Source: Phoronis australis (Eukaryota > Animalia > Phoronida). From it: 64,000 nucleotides of DNA. Position numbers and translations under genes: made by a program. The stretch lies in contig NMRA01000101.1 of the NCBI GenBank assembly GCA_002633005.1, forward strand, positions 186,001 through 250,000. The letters run 5' to 3'. Below, one piece after another: positions 25,801 through 36,347 of this stretch (the stretch's first letter is position 1; every line of letters begins with the position of its first letter). The notes under the pieces were generated by a model. It saw only the letters and a program-made list of their open reading frames with translations. It had not been told where the DNA came from and searched no databases.

Positions 25801-28800
25801 ATGGCGCAAAACAGCGACAGATAGCCGATTTCTTCTGGGTATTTATGAGAATTGGGAAGAATATCGAGCAATTGGATCAGCAAAATGGCAAAGAACTTGG
25901 CAGCCCGAGAGCAACACCAAGGAAACACGATCGGTTCATTTCAATAACGGTGCTCCACAACAGAACAGTTACAGCGACAGAAGTTCCAGTCCGATTAAGT
26001 AGCCAAGGAATTGACATATTAACTTATCCTGCCAAACCGTGAGAAACAGGCTACATGAATCCAAACTAAAAGCTCATCAGGCCACCGAAAACTACTGTCT
26101 TTCATTATCGAGAATCATACTCTGGTGGTGTCGTCTGGATTCTGTAACAGTGGAAACGTGTTGTCTTCTCGGACATGTCGCAAAACGTCGGAGAGTGTGG
26201 CAAGGACCGGACGGGCGATATGAAACTAGGCACAAATCAATGGTGACTGCGTGATAGTTTGGCTTGTGATTTCTTAAGTAAGAAGGACCCCGTTAGTCCG
26301 TGTGGGAGACGTTAGATACACTCGACGTCTTGAGCCAAATAGCCACATCTGTCGTATATATACTCATATACCTCAAGTAATGCTATAGAATGACCGTCTT
26401 GATCCAAATAGCCACATCTGTCGTATATATACTCATATACCTCAAGTAATGCTATAGAATGACCGTCTTGAGCCAAATAGCCACATCTGTCGTTTATATA
26501 CTCATATACCTCAAGTAATGCTATAGAATGACCGTCTTGAGTCAAATAGCCACATCTGTCGTACATATACTTATATACCTCAAGTAATGCTATAGAATGA
26601 CAACGTAAGACCACTTTGAGCAAGAATCAGAAAGTACCCTGCAACCTAAGTGGTCATCTTGCGGCCGAACATCTTTCCAAGTGATAAACTTTGGTGATCA
26701 ACTTGGCAGTCGTGTGTGTCGGGGAATGTTAGCGCAAGCAACGTTCGAAGTTCTCAGGCACTTGCTTTACCTGCAATGGACGGCACGACTTCGGATGTGA
26801 TAGCAACCTAACTTGTTCCGTGCTTTATACTAATAGTGATAGCACACGGTACTGGTGATAGCACGCGGAACTGAAGATTCATTGTGACAAACCTCCCACC
26901 TCGAGATCTGAAAACAGTGACGCCATTTTGCAACTTTTGTATTTGAGCCCTGCCAATACCATTTCTCCGAACTTTAAAACATCGTAAATGTCGTAAATTT
27001 GTAAAATTTCAATATTCGTTTTGAGTTAAGTTTTCTGTTTCTTTCCCTTTCGATTTTTTCATGAGCATTGAAATTATGCTGAAATGGTTGAAGTTGAAAA
27101 AAACTTCTGGAGGATGTGTTGAAAACTAAATGACCTGATAAAGATTTTAAAAGACACACGATAATCTTTGGCATTGTATGTTGTCCTCGTCTACTTTGAA
27201 GTCAAGTAACAGTGGTGACCTTTTGACAAATGTACTCTGATTCAATGGTCAAAAACTATCTTGAAAATGATAAAAAGCGTATCTTGGAAACGATTACCTT
27301 CTTAGGACGCTGACGTTGCCATAGGCCCCTTCACCATCAACTCTGATCGGAACGAGGTGATCGACTTCACTAAACCTTTCATGAACACCGGCCTTAGTAT
27401 CCTCTACAAGCGACCCAAAAAGGAGCCACCTAGTCTCTTTTCTTTCCTTGACCCGTTCAACTGGAAGATCTGGTTGTATGTTATTGCCACATACATATTG
27501 GTCAGCTTCATCATGTTCGTCGTGTCACGCTTCACGCCGTACGAGTGGAAAAACCCACACCCTTGTAACCAGAACAACGACGAAGAAGAAAATGACTTTA
27601 ATTTGTGGAACGCTCTCTGGTTCGCAATTGGTTGTCTTATGCAACAAGGTGGGTCTAGCTATTGGAAATCAACGGTCTTGTAATTTCCAAGAATTTTCTT
27701 AACTGACTTCCGGGTTTTACATATACACTTCCTGTTCTGGTTTAGTAAGAAATCTACAAAAAATCTTTACACCAAAGAATTGAATGAAAAAGCGTTTTTC
27801 AAAATGAGGCTCTTTGAACATTGGATCGTAAAATTTTTAGTTGGATACTTGAATTTTTAGTGAAGCACCAACTTAGTGTCTTCCATTGTTCAATATCACC
27901 TTTTTAAGGTTAGAATGAGATTGTTTTAAAATATACGAAAACAAACATGGTTGTTATATACAAACTGTTCCAATTTTGTGATATTCTTGTATAGGTGAAG
28001 CTCATACTATGTTCTATAATGATGGAAGCAACAACAGGAGTATTTTGAACTGTTGAGGTCGAATGGACGTCAGTTTTAAAGCTAGCTTCATATTCCAATC
28101 AAACCAGTTCATAAGCAATCTTTTTCACCAGGTTCTGATTTAGCCCCCACTGCCACGTCGACGCGTCTGATCGGAGGTGTGTGGTGGTTTTTCACGCTTA
28201 TCATGATATCGTCATATACTGCAAACTTGGCAGCCTTTCTGACCGTCACCAACATGAAAGTGCCTATTGAAAACGCAGACCAGCTCTCCCGGCAGACACT
28301 AATCAAGTACGGTACTAGGGCGGGTGGAAACAGTGAAGAGTTCTTTAAGGTATTTGAAATCTTTGGGGCAGTTCTGTTGTCAGACATTTCCAACGGAACT
28401 TACCATCTGCGCAGATGTATATTGGGATCAGTCTAACAATTCCTTCTTGGCGATTGCATTCTTTTGCTTCGATTACCTATCAACTTTAAAATAAGCATCA
28501 GCGTCCTGTCCTTCACCCTACACAAATATGTGTAATCATTCATGATCCCGTTTTGTACTTGCCAAGATGTGGGGTATTTCTGTCTAATCTACGAGAATCC
28601 TTAAATATAGAATTTCATTTAGACTTGAGATAATTGGTGTTTTAAACAGTTCTATTGTGGGAGTAGCCAATCCTTTTTATGATGAACCCCGCCAATCCTG
28701 TTTTATGATGAACCACGCGAGAGTTCTCGTGAACAATGGTTTTCCTCATGAGCACTTTTGCAGTCTGACGAGCTAACTAATTTCCCTGCTCAAGCAACTG

Positions 28801-31225
28801 AGTTGTTTCACGAGAAAACATTAGTTAGAGCTGGAGGTGTGCCTACCCTGATTCTTCGCTGCGACGGTTTGTCCTCGGCGATGATAGTAATGTCAATAGA
28901 AAATAGCCAGTGTTACACTGTATATCATAGTTTATCCGTCAGAGATCCACTGAAATATACCACATACCAAATTCTAGAATACTTCACAAATAGTGTTACA
29001 CCGTATGAGGTATTCGATCCGTCATTGAGAGATCCAAACATACCATATCCCACATGCTAATGTCCTTCAGAAGTCCAAAATAGTTTTACTTCATACACTG
29101 TATTGCATCCTCAGAGATCCAAACGTTGTATATATAATATATTCTAGTGTTTTTCAAAGACCCCAAATAGGTTTACACTTTACAGGCCCACCGTATCCAG
29201 TGTCCTTCAGATTCCAAAACAGTGTTTCACCATATATTATATTCTAACGGTTAGAGATTCAAAATAGCATGACATAGTATACCATAAGCTATCCATCAAA
29301 GATCCTGAGTAGTGTTATATTAGCCTGCCGTATTCTGTCCTCCAGAGATCCAAAATCGAAACATACTCGAGAATGTGGAATTTCATGTCGACAACTCCAG
29401 GAGTGATGGTCAACAGCACACAGGAGGGTATTGAGAAAGTTAAAGAGGGAAAGTACGCCTTCCTAATGGAATCGGCGATGCGAGAGTATCCCATGATGCA
29501 AGAGTGTGATCTAATGCCCATTGGGGGCCTTCTCAACGAAAAGGGATATGGAATAGGGCTTACAAAAGGTATACGATTATACATGTTTTATTTCCAGTCA
29601 CGTTTTTATAATAAAATGTATTTTTTAAATTCACAGCAAAGCATGGTTGTCTGATTATACTTCTAACGTTTGCCATTTATTCAATCTCCACACCGCTAAT
29701 CGTTGTTTCCCAGATTTAACCGACGTTTATTGGATCTTAATGTTAAGTACCGATAAAAGCCCATCCCTGAATATAGGGCCGACTTCTCTTTCTTCCCTGT
29801 TTTCCCTAGTTTGTCATAATCCCAGTTTCTAATGTCATCTAAAAAAGTGTTGTGCATTTTAGAACTAAGTTTGTTTTCCTTTGGTCACCTTTTTATTGTT
29901 TTAGTTCCCACAACGCACGTTGCTCACGTGGGTTGTCCAAACGGCTGTTTTTCTTGACAATTTCATATTTTGCCCTACAAAATCTTTAGAGATTTGCGCC
30001 CTCACGTGACAATGTTAAAAAACTTTTTGCTAGAGGTTCTGCCGTGTCCAGTTTGTGAAATGGACAGTTGATACCTGCAAAGCAACTTTATCCAATTACA
30101 AGATATTGCTCTATTTTCAGGCTCTCCTTTGCGAGACCAGATGTCTGCAATGATCCTGAAACTGGGTGAAGACCAAAAGCTGCAAGAGCTTCACCAGAAA
30201 TGGTGGAAAAAATCCGGAAAACCCTGCGCCTCTGACATTGTGAAAGCTAGCAGCACCCCCGAACTCCAGATGGAGAACGTGGGTGGTGTTTTTGTCTTTC
30301 TCCTGGCAGGTTTGGGCGTATCCATATTCATTTGTTTAGCTGAATACTGTACCAAAGCACGCAAGTGGGACCTAGGACCGAAGGTAATTTACACTGGCGT
30401 AAATGCCTGGCGGAAGGGTATTGATTTGTACTTGCTTGTTCCCTCTCCAGCCCTTGCAAAGTTTTATTCGTTTTTATCAAAAGTGGTTCTCACCCTCAGT
30501 TACCATGGGCGGCGATGCACTGAAAAAAAGTGGGGCCTATAGCCCACCCCCCAGCCCGTTATGATGCGCCACCCATAGTTACGCTTTTAGGACTAATTTT
30601 CCCATAGAGATGTGCCCATTAAGCGAATCTTACACATTCAGCCTTCGCAGGTTACTTCCAGCATTTTAGGTCGATGGGGTTCTCCAGCTTAAAAGTGCTA
30701 TAAACCCATATCTTCCACAAAAATTAGGTTTTATTTAAACCACTTAGTCCTGTATAGTGGTCTCATCTTGCTTTATACTCAGGTCAGAAATGATTTCTAG
30801 GCATTAGAAGTTCTCTACTGCTTTATAGCAGACAGGCCAGTTTCAGTCGGCTGTAGAAGAATTCGAGGCGACTTATTGTAACCAATTTAAATTCAAATTA
30901 AGGATAACGACGAGATGACGTTGCTTTTGAAGAGCAAGTTTGTTAGCAACTTATTTTGACGTGTAAACATGGTTTATAATTACGCGCTTCATATAATTAG
31001 AATGTGAGAATTTCCTTTTCGACTTTTCAGAAAACCATGTCACAACAGTTGTTTGAAGACATTCGTTTTGCTTTCAACTGTTTCGGGTCTTCGTCGCGTC
31101 CAACAAGAAAAGAAAAAGGTGATAACGACGATATAGATACAAATGAAAACATGAATGGTTCCCATCGACTGGTCTCTTTTCCACTGACAGCAAATTATCC
31201 GGACAAATACGACGACACGATTTAG
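11875..31225 (+). CDS. GRIK2: Ionotropic glutamate receptor, kainate-like (whole gene; 14 visible exons, 855 aa without the missing ATD exon)
   Basis: Exons 11875-11977, 14127-14378, 17977-18152, 18377-18430, 18645-18785, 22423-22578, 22953-23057, 23438-23560, 24935-25150, 27306-27648, 28132-28349, 29346-29568, 30121-30383, 31031-31225 join in frame at GT-AG sites (2568 nt). Motifs: signal peptide, [34 protein letters not shown] pore loop, [18 protein letters not shown]4. Most intron positions match vertebrate GRIK genes. The symbol means GRIK-like, not proven one-to-one orthology. Confidence 0.93.
13116..13621. mobile_element. MITE with short TIRs (PIF/Harbinger-like ends)
   Basis: AGGCCCTTTCATATTGAC at 13116 vs GTTAGTATGAAAGGCCCT ending 13621; internal repeats of GGACCGGAGTTAAGCGTTCATACTG. 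Confidence 0.7.
13766..14091. repeat. 66-bp minisatellite, at least 5 units (begins at gap)
   Basis: Unit GAAAATATTAATGTAGTTGAATTACACGATATTGCATTGCATTCTGAAGATGTGTCAATGCCACCC at 13766, 13832, 13898, 13964, 14030. Confidence 0.97.
14127..14378 (+). CDS. GRIK2: iGluR ATD exon
   Basis: ttccag|[15 protein letters not shown]...[16 protein letters not shown]|gtgag. Confidence 0.9.
15330..17548 (-). mobile_element. Decayed DNA transposon with long imperfect TIRs, Academ-like
   Basis: About 15330-15577 aligns with the reverse complement of about 17215-17520 (shared GAACCTTG, ATTCAAGATGGCG, TTGAATTTCG, TGATGACTTAT, AAGGTCAA, CAAACATC); right end ...TAGACTA; frameshifted minus-strand remnant [33 protein letters not shown] at about 16390-16190. 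Confidence 0.6.
17977..18152 (+). CDS. GRIK2: iGluR ATD exon
   Basis: ttttag|[10 protein letters not shown]...IVIRKL...ADLLEQ|gtatg. Confidence 0.85.
18377..18430 (+). CDS. GRIK2: iGluR ATD exon
   Basis: ttgtag|[18 protein letters not shown]|gtatg (cf. GRIK YHYIFTTL). Confidence 0.9.
18645..18785 (+). CDS. GRIK2: iGluR ATD exon
   Basis: tttag|[24 protein letters not shown]...KPLMT|gtaat. Confidence 0.9.
21828..22136. mobile_element. Kolobok-type MITE with TTAA TSD
   Basis: TTAA|AGGGACATTCTCG ... CGATTATGTCCCT|TTAA. Confidence 0.75.
22423..22578 (+). CDS. GRIK2: iGluR ATD exon
   Basis: tttcag|[10 protein letters not shown]...LINYMKT|gtgag. Confidence 0.92.
22777..22878. repeat. (CT)n microsatellite
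   Basis: Direct reading; intronic in the iGluR gene. Confidence 0.98.
22953..23057 (+). CDS. GRIK2: iGluR ATD exon
   Basis: gacag|[35 protein letters not shown]|gttgg. Confidence 0.9.
23438..23560 (+). CDS. GRIK2: iGluR ATD/S1 linker exon
   Basis: tttag|[10 protein letters not shown]...[12 protein letters not shown]|gtaag. Confidence 0.92.
24935..25150 (+). CDS. GRIK2: iGluR S1 ligand-binding exon
   Basis: ttccag|EPPFVM...FYGYCIDLI...[11 protein letters not shown]|gtaag. Confidence 0.95.
25464..26939 (+). mobile_element. Decayed Tc1/mariner transposon
   Basis: Frameshifted transposase pieces: [54 protein letters not shown]; 19-bp inverted pair CAAAAGTTGCAAAATRGCG at 25464-25482 and 26921-26939 (true ends uncertain). 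Confidence 0.8.
26326..26601. repeat. 69-bp minisatellite x4 inside the Tc1 remnant
   Basis: Units start at 26326, 26395, 26464, 26533. Confidence 0.95.
27306..27648 (+). CDS. GRIK2: iGluR S1-M1-M2 exon
   Basis: cttag|[26 protein letters not shown]...[11 protein letters not shown]|gtggg. Confidence 0.95.
28132..28349 (+). CDS. GRIK2: iGluR M3-S2 exon
   Basis: accag|GSDLAP...[13 protein letters not shown]...[14 protein letters not shown]|gtatt. Confidence 0.95.
28930..29356 (+). repeat. Degenerate 40-50 bp tandem array (about 9-10 units) containing copies of the S2-exon splice acceptor
   Basis: Recurring TCCYTCAG-AGATCCAAA-like core; last copy is the real acceptor at 29345/29346. Confidence 0.75.
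29346..29568 (+). CDS. GRIK2: iGluR S2 exon
   Basis: tccag|[14 protein letters not shown]...YAFLMES...[10 protein letters not shown]|gtata. Confidence 0.95.
30121..30383 (+). CDS. GRIK2: iGluR S2-M4 exon
   Basis: tttcag|GSPLRDQM...KWWKK...[14 protein letters not shown]...DLGPK|gtaat. Confidence 0.95.
31031..31225 (+). CDS. GRIK2: iGluR terminal exon (cytoplasmic tail)
   Basis: tttcag|[19 protein letters not shown]...KYDDTI*; candidate AATAAA at 32063-32068. Confidence 0.85.
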   Translation, partial: KTMSQQLFEDIRFAFNCFGSSSRPTRKEKGDNDDIDTNENMNGSHRLVSFPLTANYPDKYDDTI

Positions 31226-34200
31226 GGACTCAAATTTTCCAGGGATACAATTGAATTTGTCTCCATTGTTGTCCAGCGCCGTATGACGTTCCGTCCAGGA
31301 AACCTCGGGTGAAGACGCTAGATTCTTTGAGGCTGCATACAAACTTCTGTTGGTACAGAGTGAGAAAAGCCCAAGGGACTCATTACAGTCAAAACGGTGA
31401 CCGTCATCAAAATGTAATTAAGTCGCCTCCCCGTCCCTTCCATGAGAGTTTGCATTTGGGGACAATTGTTTTGTTTGAAAACGGTTGTTGTTTAACCAGT
31501 ATATATTTTATTGTTTGTTAGTTGATGTTCCCATGAACACTATTTGATAAAAAACAACAAAAACAATATCCCACAAACATTGGTTTAGTTACGCTCGACA
31601 GGTGTAATCAGTGTGATATGTTGACCAGCCCCTCACCAGGTGGCAGCGTTTATTGTTAGGTTACCTTTTTGATAAGAAACACCCAAAAACAGCTTAAAGT
31701 GCGCCAGTCACAATGTGTCGTAGGAATCTGGGAAGAGTGTAAATGAAGTCCTAATCTACGACACAGAAAGTGACTATGGCCCTGTACACATCTGCTCTAA
31801 TCATCGCAGGATTAAAAGATTATAGATCTGTTGACATTTAGAGATGCATGCTGCATCCTCAAACACCGATCCTCACAAAATCTATATATTAAGACTCGTT
31901 GAAAAAATATTCCCCAGAGTCGCAATCCTACTGCTCCAAAAAACTTGTACAGGTACTAGTCACTGTGACTGGTGTTTATTACGCTTACTGTGTGGTGGAA
32001 GTTTAAAAAATATGTCATTTCTACTCTTGTTATTCCCGTATCTTTTTTACATGGTGTTTTGTAATAAAGCTATTTATACAGCGATGCGTATTTTGTGTTA
32101 AGGCAACTCGATAAATGCAGAATTTTTTAAAGCACAAATTGCACTTCCTGTTCAACGACATTGTATGTCACAAAATTAACACAAGTTGGGTGAAGTTCAA
32201 ACACAATGGTTTGGTAAAAAGAGTTACCGTGCATTCGCGTATTTGTACGACCGTACCGATATTGAGGACATTGCGTTTTCAAAGCGGCTATAAACCCTAC
32301 TTCATCACGAAAACAACTTAACTCAGACCAGTTAGGCTACCGTGATGAAAACGACCTCAAATTGCCCCTTTGACAAAGTGGAGTTGATTTCAACTCTCTG
32401 AAAGAACCGACAAGCCATTATTGCTCGAATCCAACTTCCACAAGATTAATTATAAGGCAGCGTTATTTTGTGCGGCGATCATAGTCTCGAGGAGAAATGA
32501 GGAGCTGTTTGCACGCACAGTTTATTCTCATCTGATCAGTACGGAACAACGTGAAGACTAAGGTAAGTAGTCTGAATCAAACGTTCACGTCTTTATAAAC
32601 GCGTTTATAGCTTATTTGTGCCCGTTTCAGTCGCACACGGGCGCCTAAGCCTTAACTTCTGGGCTCACCCGGTTGTTCCTTGCACACACAAGACTCGAGT
32701 GTCGGTTTTCGGATGTCTTATGTCCAAGTTTTCACTTTATCAATCTTCAAAATATCCTTTAATTTTTCTCAAGTGTTTCGCGTACACCCCTTTAAATTTA
32801 GATTCAGGCACTCTTCACATACATGCATATGGGCTTAAATACAAGCAAACACGATAAGCATTTTAGCATTCTGTAGTTAGCGAGCGATTTGAGCTTAGAA
32901 CAAATAATAGAAATTCACGGACAACCAACAGTACGGTTAACCTCCGATTCGACCTCGGACAAAACCATTACATGGAAAAGAATGTAAAATTCGGGCATGA
33001 TTTGCAAAGACAAACATTTATTTAACAAATTCATAAAGTTCAACAACTGTATACGGTTAATAACAAAAAGACCCATACACCATAAACAAAAACGTTCCTA
33101 CTGCCAGAATAGATAGAACTAGTGTAGTTATGGACACGCCATCTTTCACCGTACGAGAGTTATATCCTAATTACAATTAAAGGCTAGCGCCACTTGGTAT
33201 CAACCATCGAACTTTCAAGACTTGAAGTAACTTTAAAAACTTTACCATGAATCACATTGAAGAGCCACACGAAAATCCATGTTCAGGTTCATGTTTCAGG
33301 GTGGAGAGGAACCCTATGTTTAGGTTCTTTAACAGGACCAGTAAGCATTTCCAATGCAATACACATGATAAAACAATGGGCCGAATGGTGTACATCAATT
33401 GTTCAACACTAATCAACCAGACTTATTCAAATGTCAGATTTCAGGATATCTAACCAGAGCTGTGTGGAACTTCAAATATTACTGATAATAACAATAAAAC
33501 ATACGTTAAAACCAAGTTTATTTGAAGAAACCTATCATGTGCATAAAGTAATGCCCAGGCGTTGGTAATGAGGCGACTGTTTAAAACAAGATTTTTCATG
33601 GAGATGGCAGTGACTTCCAGAAACACAAAACTTCTCCCACAGAATTAAAATGTTTATTTAATTATTTCATTTGCTATAAAAGCGTGCCTGAGATTTCAGC
33701 TGAAAAGCATGACAGTCAAAAATCAAGGCTTTCATTTTTTCAAGTAATGTCGAGAAAATTAGTGTCTGTGTATGACCTTCACAAAAAATCACATTTCTAT
33801 AAAATAACATCCAGTCAAGTGATAACAAACCTATGGGCATTATTTTAAAAGCACATAATATATTTCTCTAATCATCAAAGATTTTAAAAACATGTGGTTT
33901 CTTTGATTTACAATTAATAAGATATTTAAGAAACTGATGCCTGGAAATGAAGGTTCTAAAAACTAATCACAAGTTTAATGAAATGGGTCTATAATCACTC
34001 CAAAGATCCCACTGAATGAGATCAACAAATGAATGCATACTGACTTAAACTGCAGATGCATCAATGTACAATATTACAAGAAAATAGGTAACAAACCCTT
34101 TTACCCAAATGAAAACAGTAACTTGTAAACAGAGAAGATATGTCAGAAATCTACACCAACCTAAACAATAATCTTAAAAAACACCAGTGCAAAAATCCAA

Positions 34201-35538
34201 ATGTTCAGATATAATCTTCAGAAACTGAGCTTTGCACACTTTGGTTTGAACCTGCACAGTGAGAGTTACCGAGTTAAACAGAAACACAATGGCTGACATG
34301 TACCCAACATGACAGGAAGCCAAAGGAATTATGGGCAAAAATTTAGTACTACAAGCCGTGAACAAGATAAGTTGAACTTTATTTTGTCCACAAAAACATA
34401 TGACCAGAAGTGTTTTATAAAGGCGACTGTCCATAAATATTGCCAAGCCACTTTGTTACATTAAATACATTTGTATAACTTTTGATTAAATAAAATTCAC
34501 AACACGAAGATGTGAGCACTTTTTTCTTTAAATGGTGACTGACAAAGGTTCAGTTTCAATTACTCCCCATTAAAATTATGGCACAGCCTTCAACAAACCT
34601 TTCAGTTAGAGTTCACAATACCCACTGCAATACATTGTTGTACATAGCTTCACCAAGCCAACAACACAAAAGATGTTTCTGCACATCAGAGAATAAATTA
34701 GTTAAAGCTTAGACACACAACTCACTTATGCATTGTTAATAAATAAAATAGCATTCACACCAACTAAACCAGGTAATAACTTTTCCAAGGTTATGCATTT
34801 ATATTTAATTGCAACAGTTCACACTGAGAGTTAAAACAGTTAAAACCCATGTTCTTGGTTTTAGTCACTAGAGGTCAGGCCACTTAATTCCTTCTATATA
34901 AACAAATGATTATAACTTTTAAAGCTGACAGTTCACATGAGTTTCAACCTTTACAACTGCTCATTAAACCACCCTATGAGGGTTATAGCCACTCTACAGT
35001 TAAAGCTTTAACAACAATTTTAAGGTCCTCACACAAGGTTTAAAAGTTACAATCACTTTGGTGTGAACTGGGCATAAACTATAACTATACCTCATAGTTT
35101 CTCAAAACATCCTGGCTGGTAATGGACGTCCTAGACAAACTGTTTCACAGTTTGCAACACGAATTGCAAAATAAAGTGAGTTAACACAGCATTAACCCTC
35201 GCAGGAACTTCTCAGAAAAAACATGAAAATGCAACAAACACCGTATTTCTCTCTTGAAACTGAAAGACGTTCTACAAATCAGTATTTCTGCAGCCTTTTC
35301 AAATTACTGGAAGACAGATTTAAATTCAGAAACAAACTTTAACAACATATTTATCTACAATTCATTCACATATGGGTCTCCTGAATTACACACAGAAAAA
35401 AAAACAGAATCCTTGTAACACTGCCGATGGACTAGTCATTCCTCTTGTAGTTAGGAACAAGCTACACTTCAGGAATCAACAAGGACATTTTCAGGCCACA
35501 GTGCTTTCAAAATACGTGCATAGAAAGTTTTAACAAAT

Positions 35539-35742
35539 ACAATGTGAACAGACTCAAACACAAGAGCAAATCCTACATGTATTATCATGTCACAATGTGA
35601 ACAGACTCAAACCCAAGAGCACATCCTACATGTATTATCATGTAACAGACTCAAACCCAAGAGCAAATCCTACATGTATTATCATGTCACAATGTGAACA
35701 GACTCAAACCCAAGAGCAAATCTTACATATATTATCATGTCA
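35539..35742. repeat. About 53-bp minisatellite x4 (probable NAGPA 3' UTR)
   Basis: ACAATGTGAACAGACTCAAACCCAAGAGCAAATCCTACATGTATTATCATGTC repeated; one unit shortened. Confidence 0.92.
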
Positions 35743-36148
35743 CCAGATCACAGTTTATGCACAAGTACTATTGGCTGATCTTGGAATCACACTTCCAATC
35801 CTAGGATAGATGCACCCACACATTTACAAAGTTATTTTGACTGCATAGCTGCTTTAGTTCATAGCTGAACATTTCTAAAAGATAAGAATTTTAAATGTTG
35901 TGAACTGAGATAAGCAGATGCACACACAAATCCAAACCTGGTTAACAGTTGAGCATTATAACATTATCCACAGCACTATCTAAGCACCAATTAGTTGGAT
36001 TATTATTTCAAATATCATTATTATTGCTGTTACCAATAACACTAAGATATTACATGTAATTGAATAAGCAAGAGGTGCATTTTATGTAAAAATAAAAGTG
36101 ATCGCCCAGTTTCAATCCCCAAAGTTAATGCAGGAGGCAACCTCGCCA

Positions 36149-36347
36149 TCAGTCGGAGCCACTACCCTCGCTCCAGGGTATCGACCCTTTCTGCAGTATA
36201 GGTATTAGCTGTGGGTCACCGTTCAGGGTAAGGGTGGCTGTTCGTTCGCACTTGGAAGACTTGAGAATACAGCAGAAGAGAGATATATTGAGAATGAGAC
36301 TGAACGCTGCTAGCACCGAGAGTCCTATAAGACTAGTCAACCATAGA
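36149..36347 (-). CDS. NAGPA: NAGPA exon 10 (TM helix and tail)
   Basis: tttcag|LWLTSLIGLSVLAAFSLILNISLFCC...GSGSD*. Confidence 0.88.
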
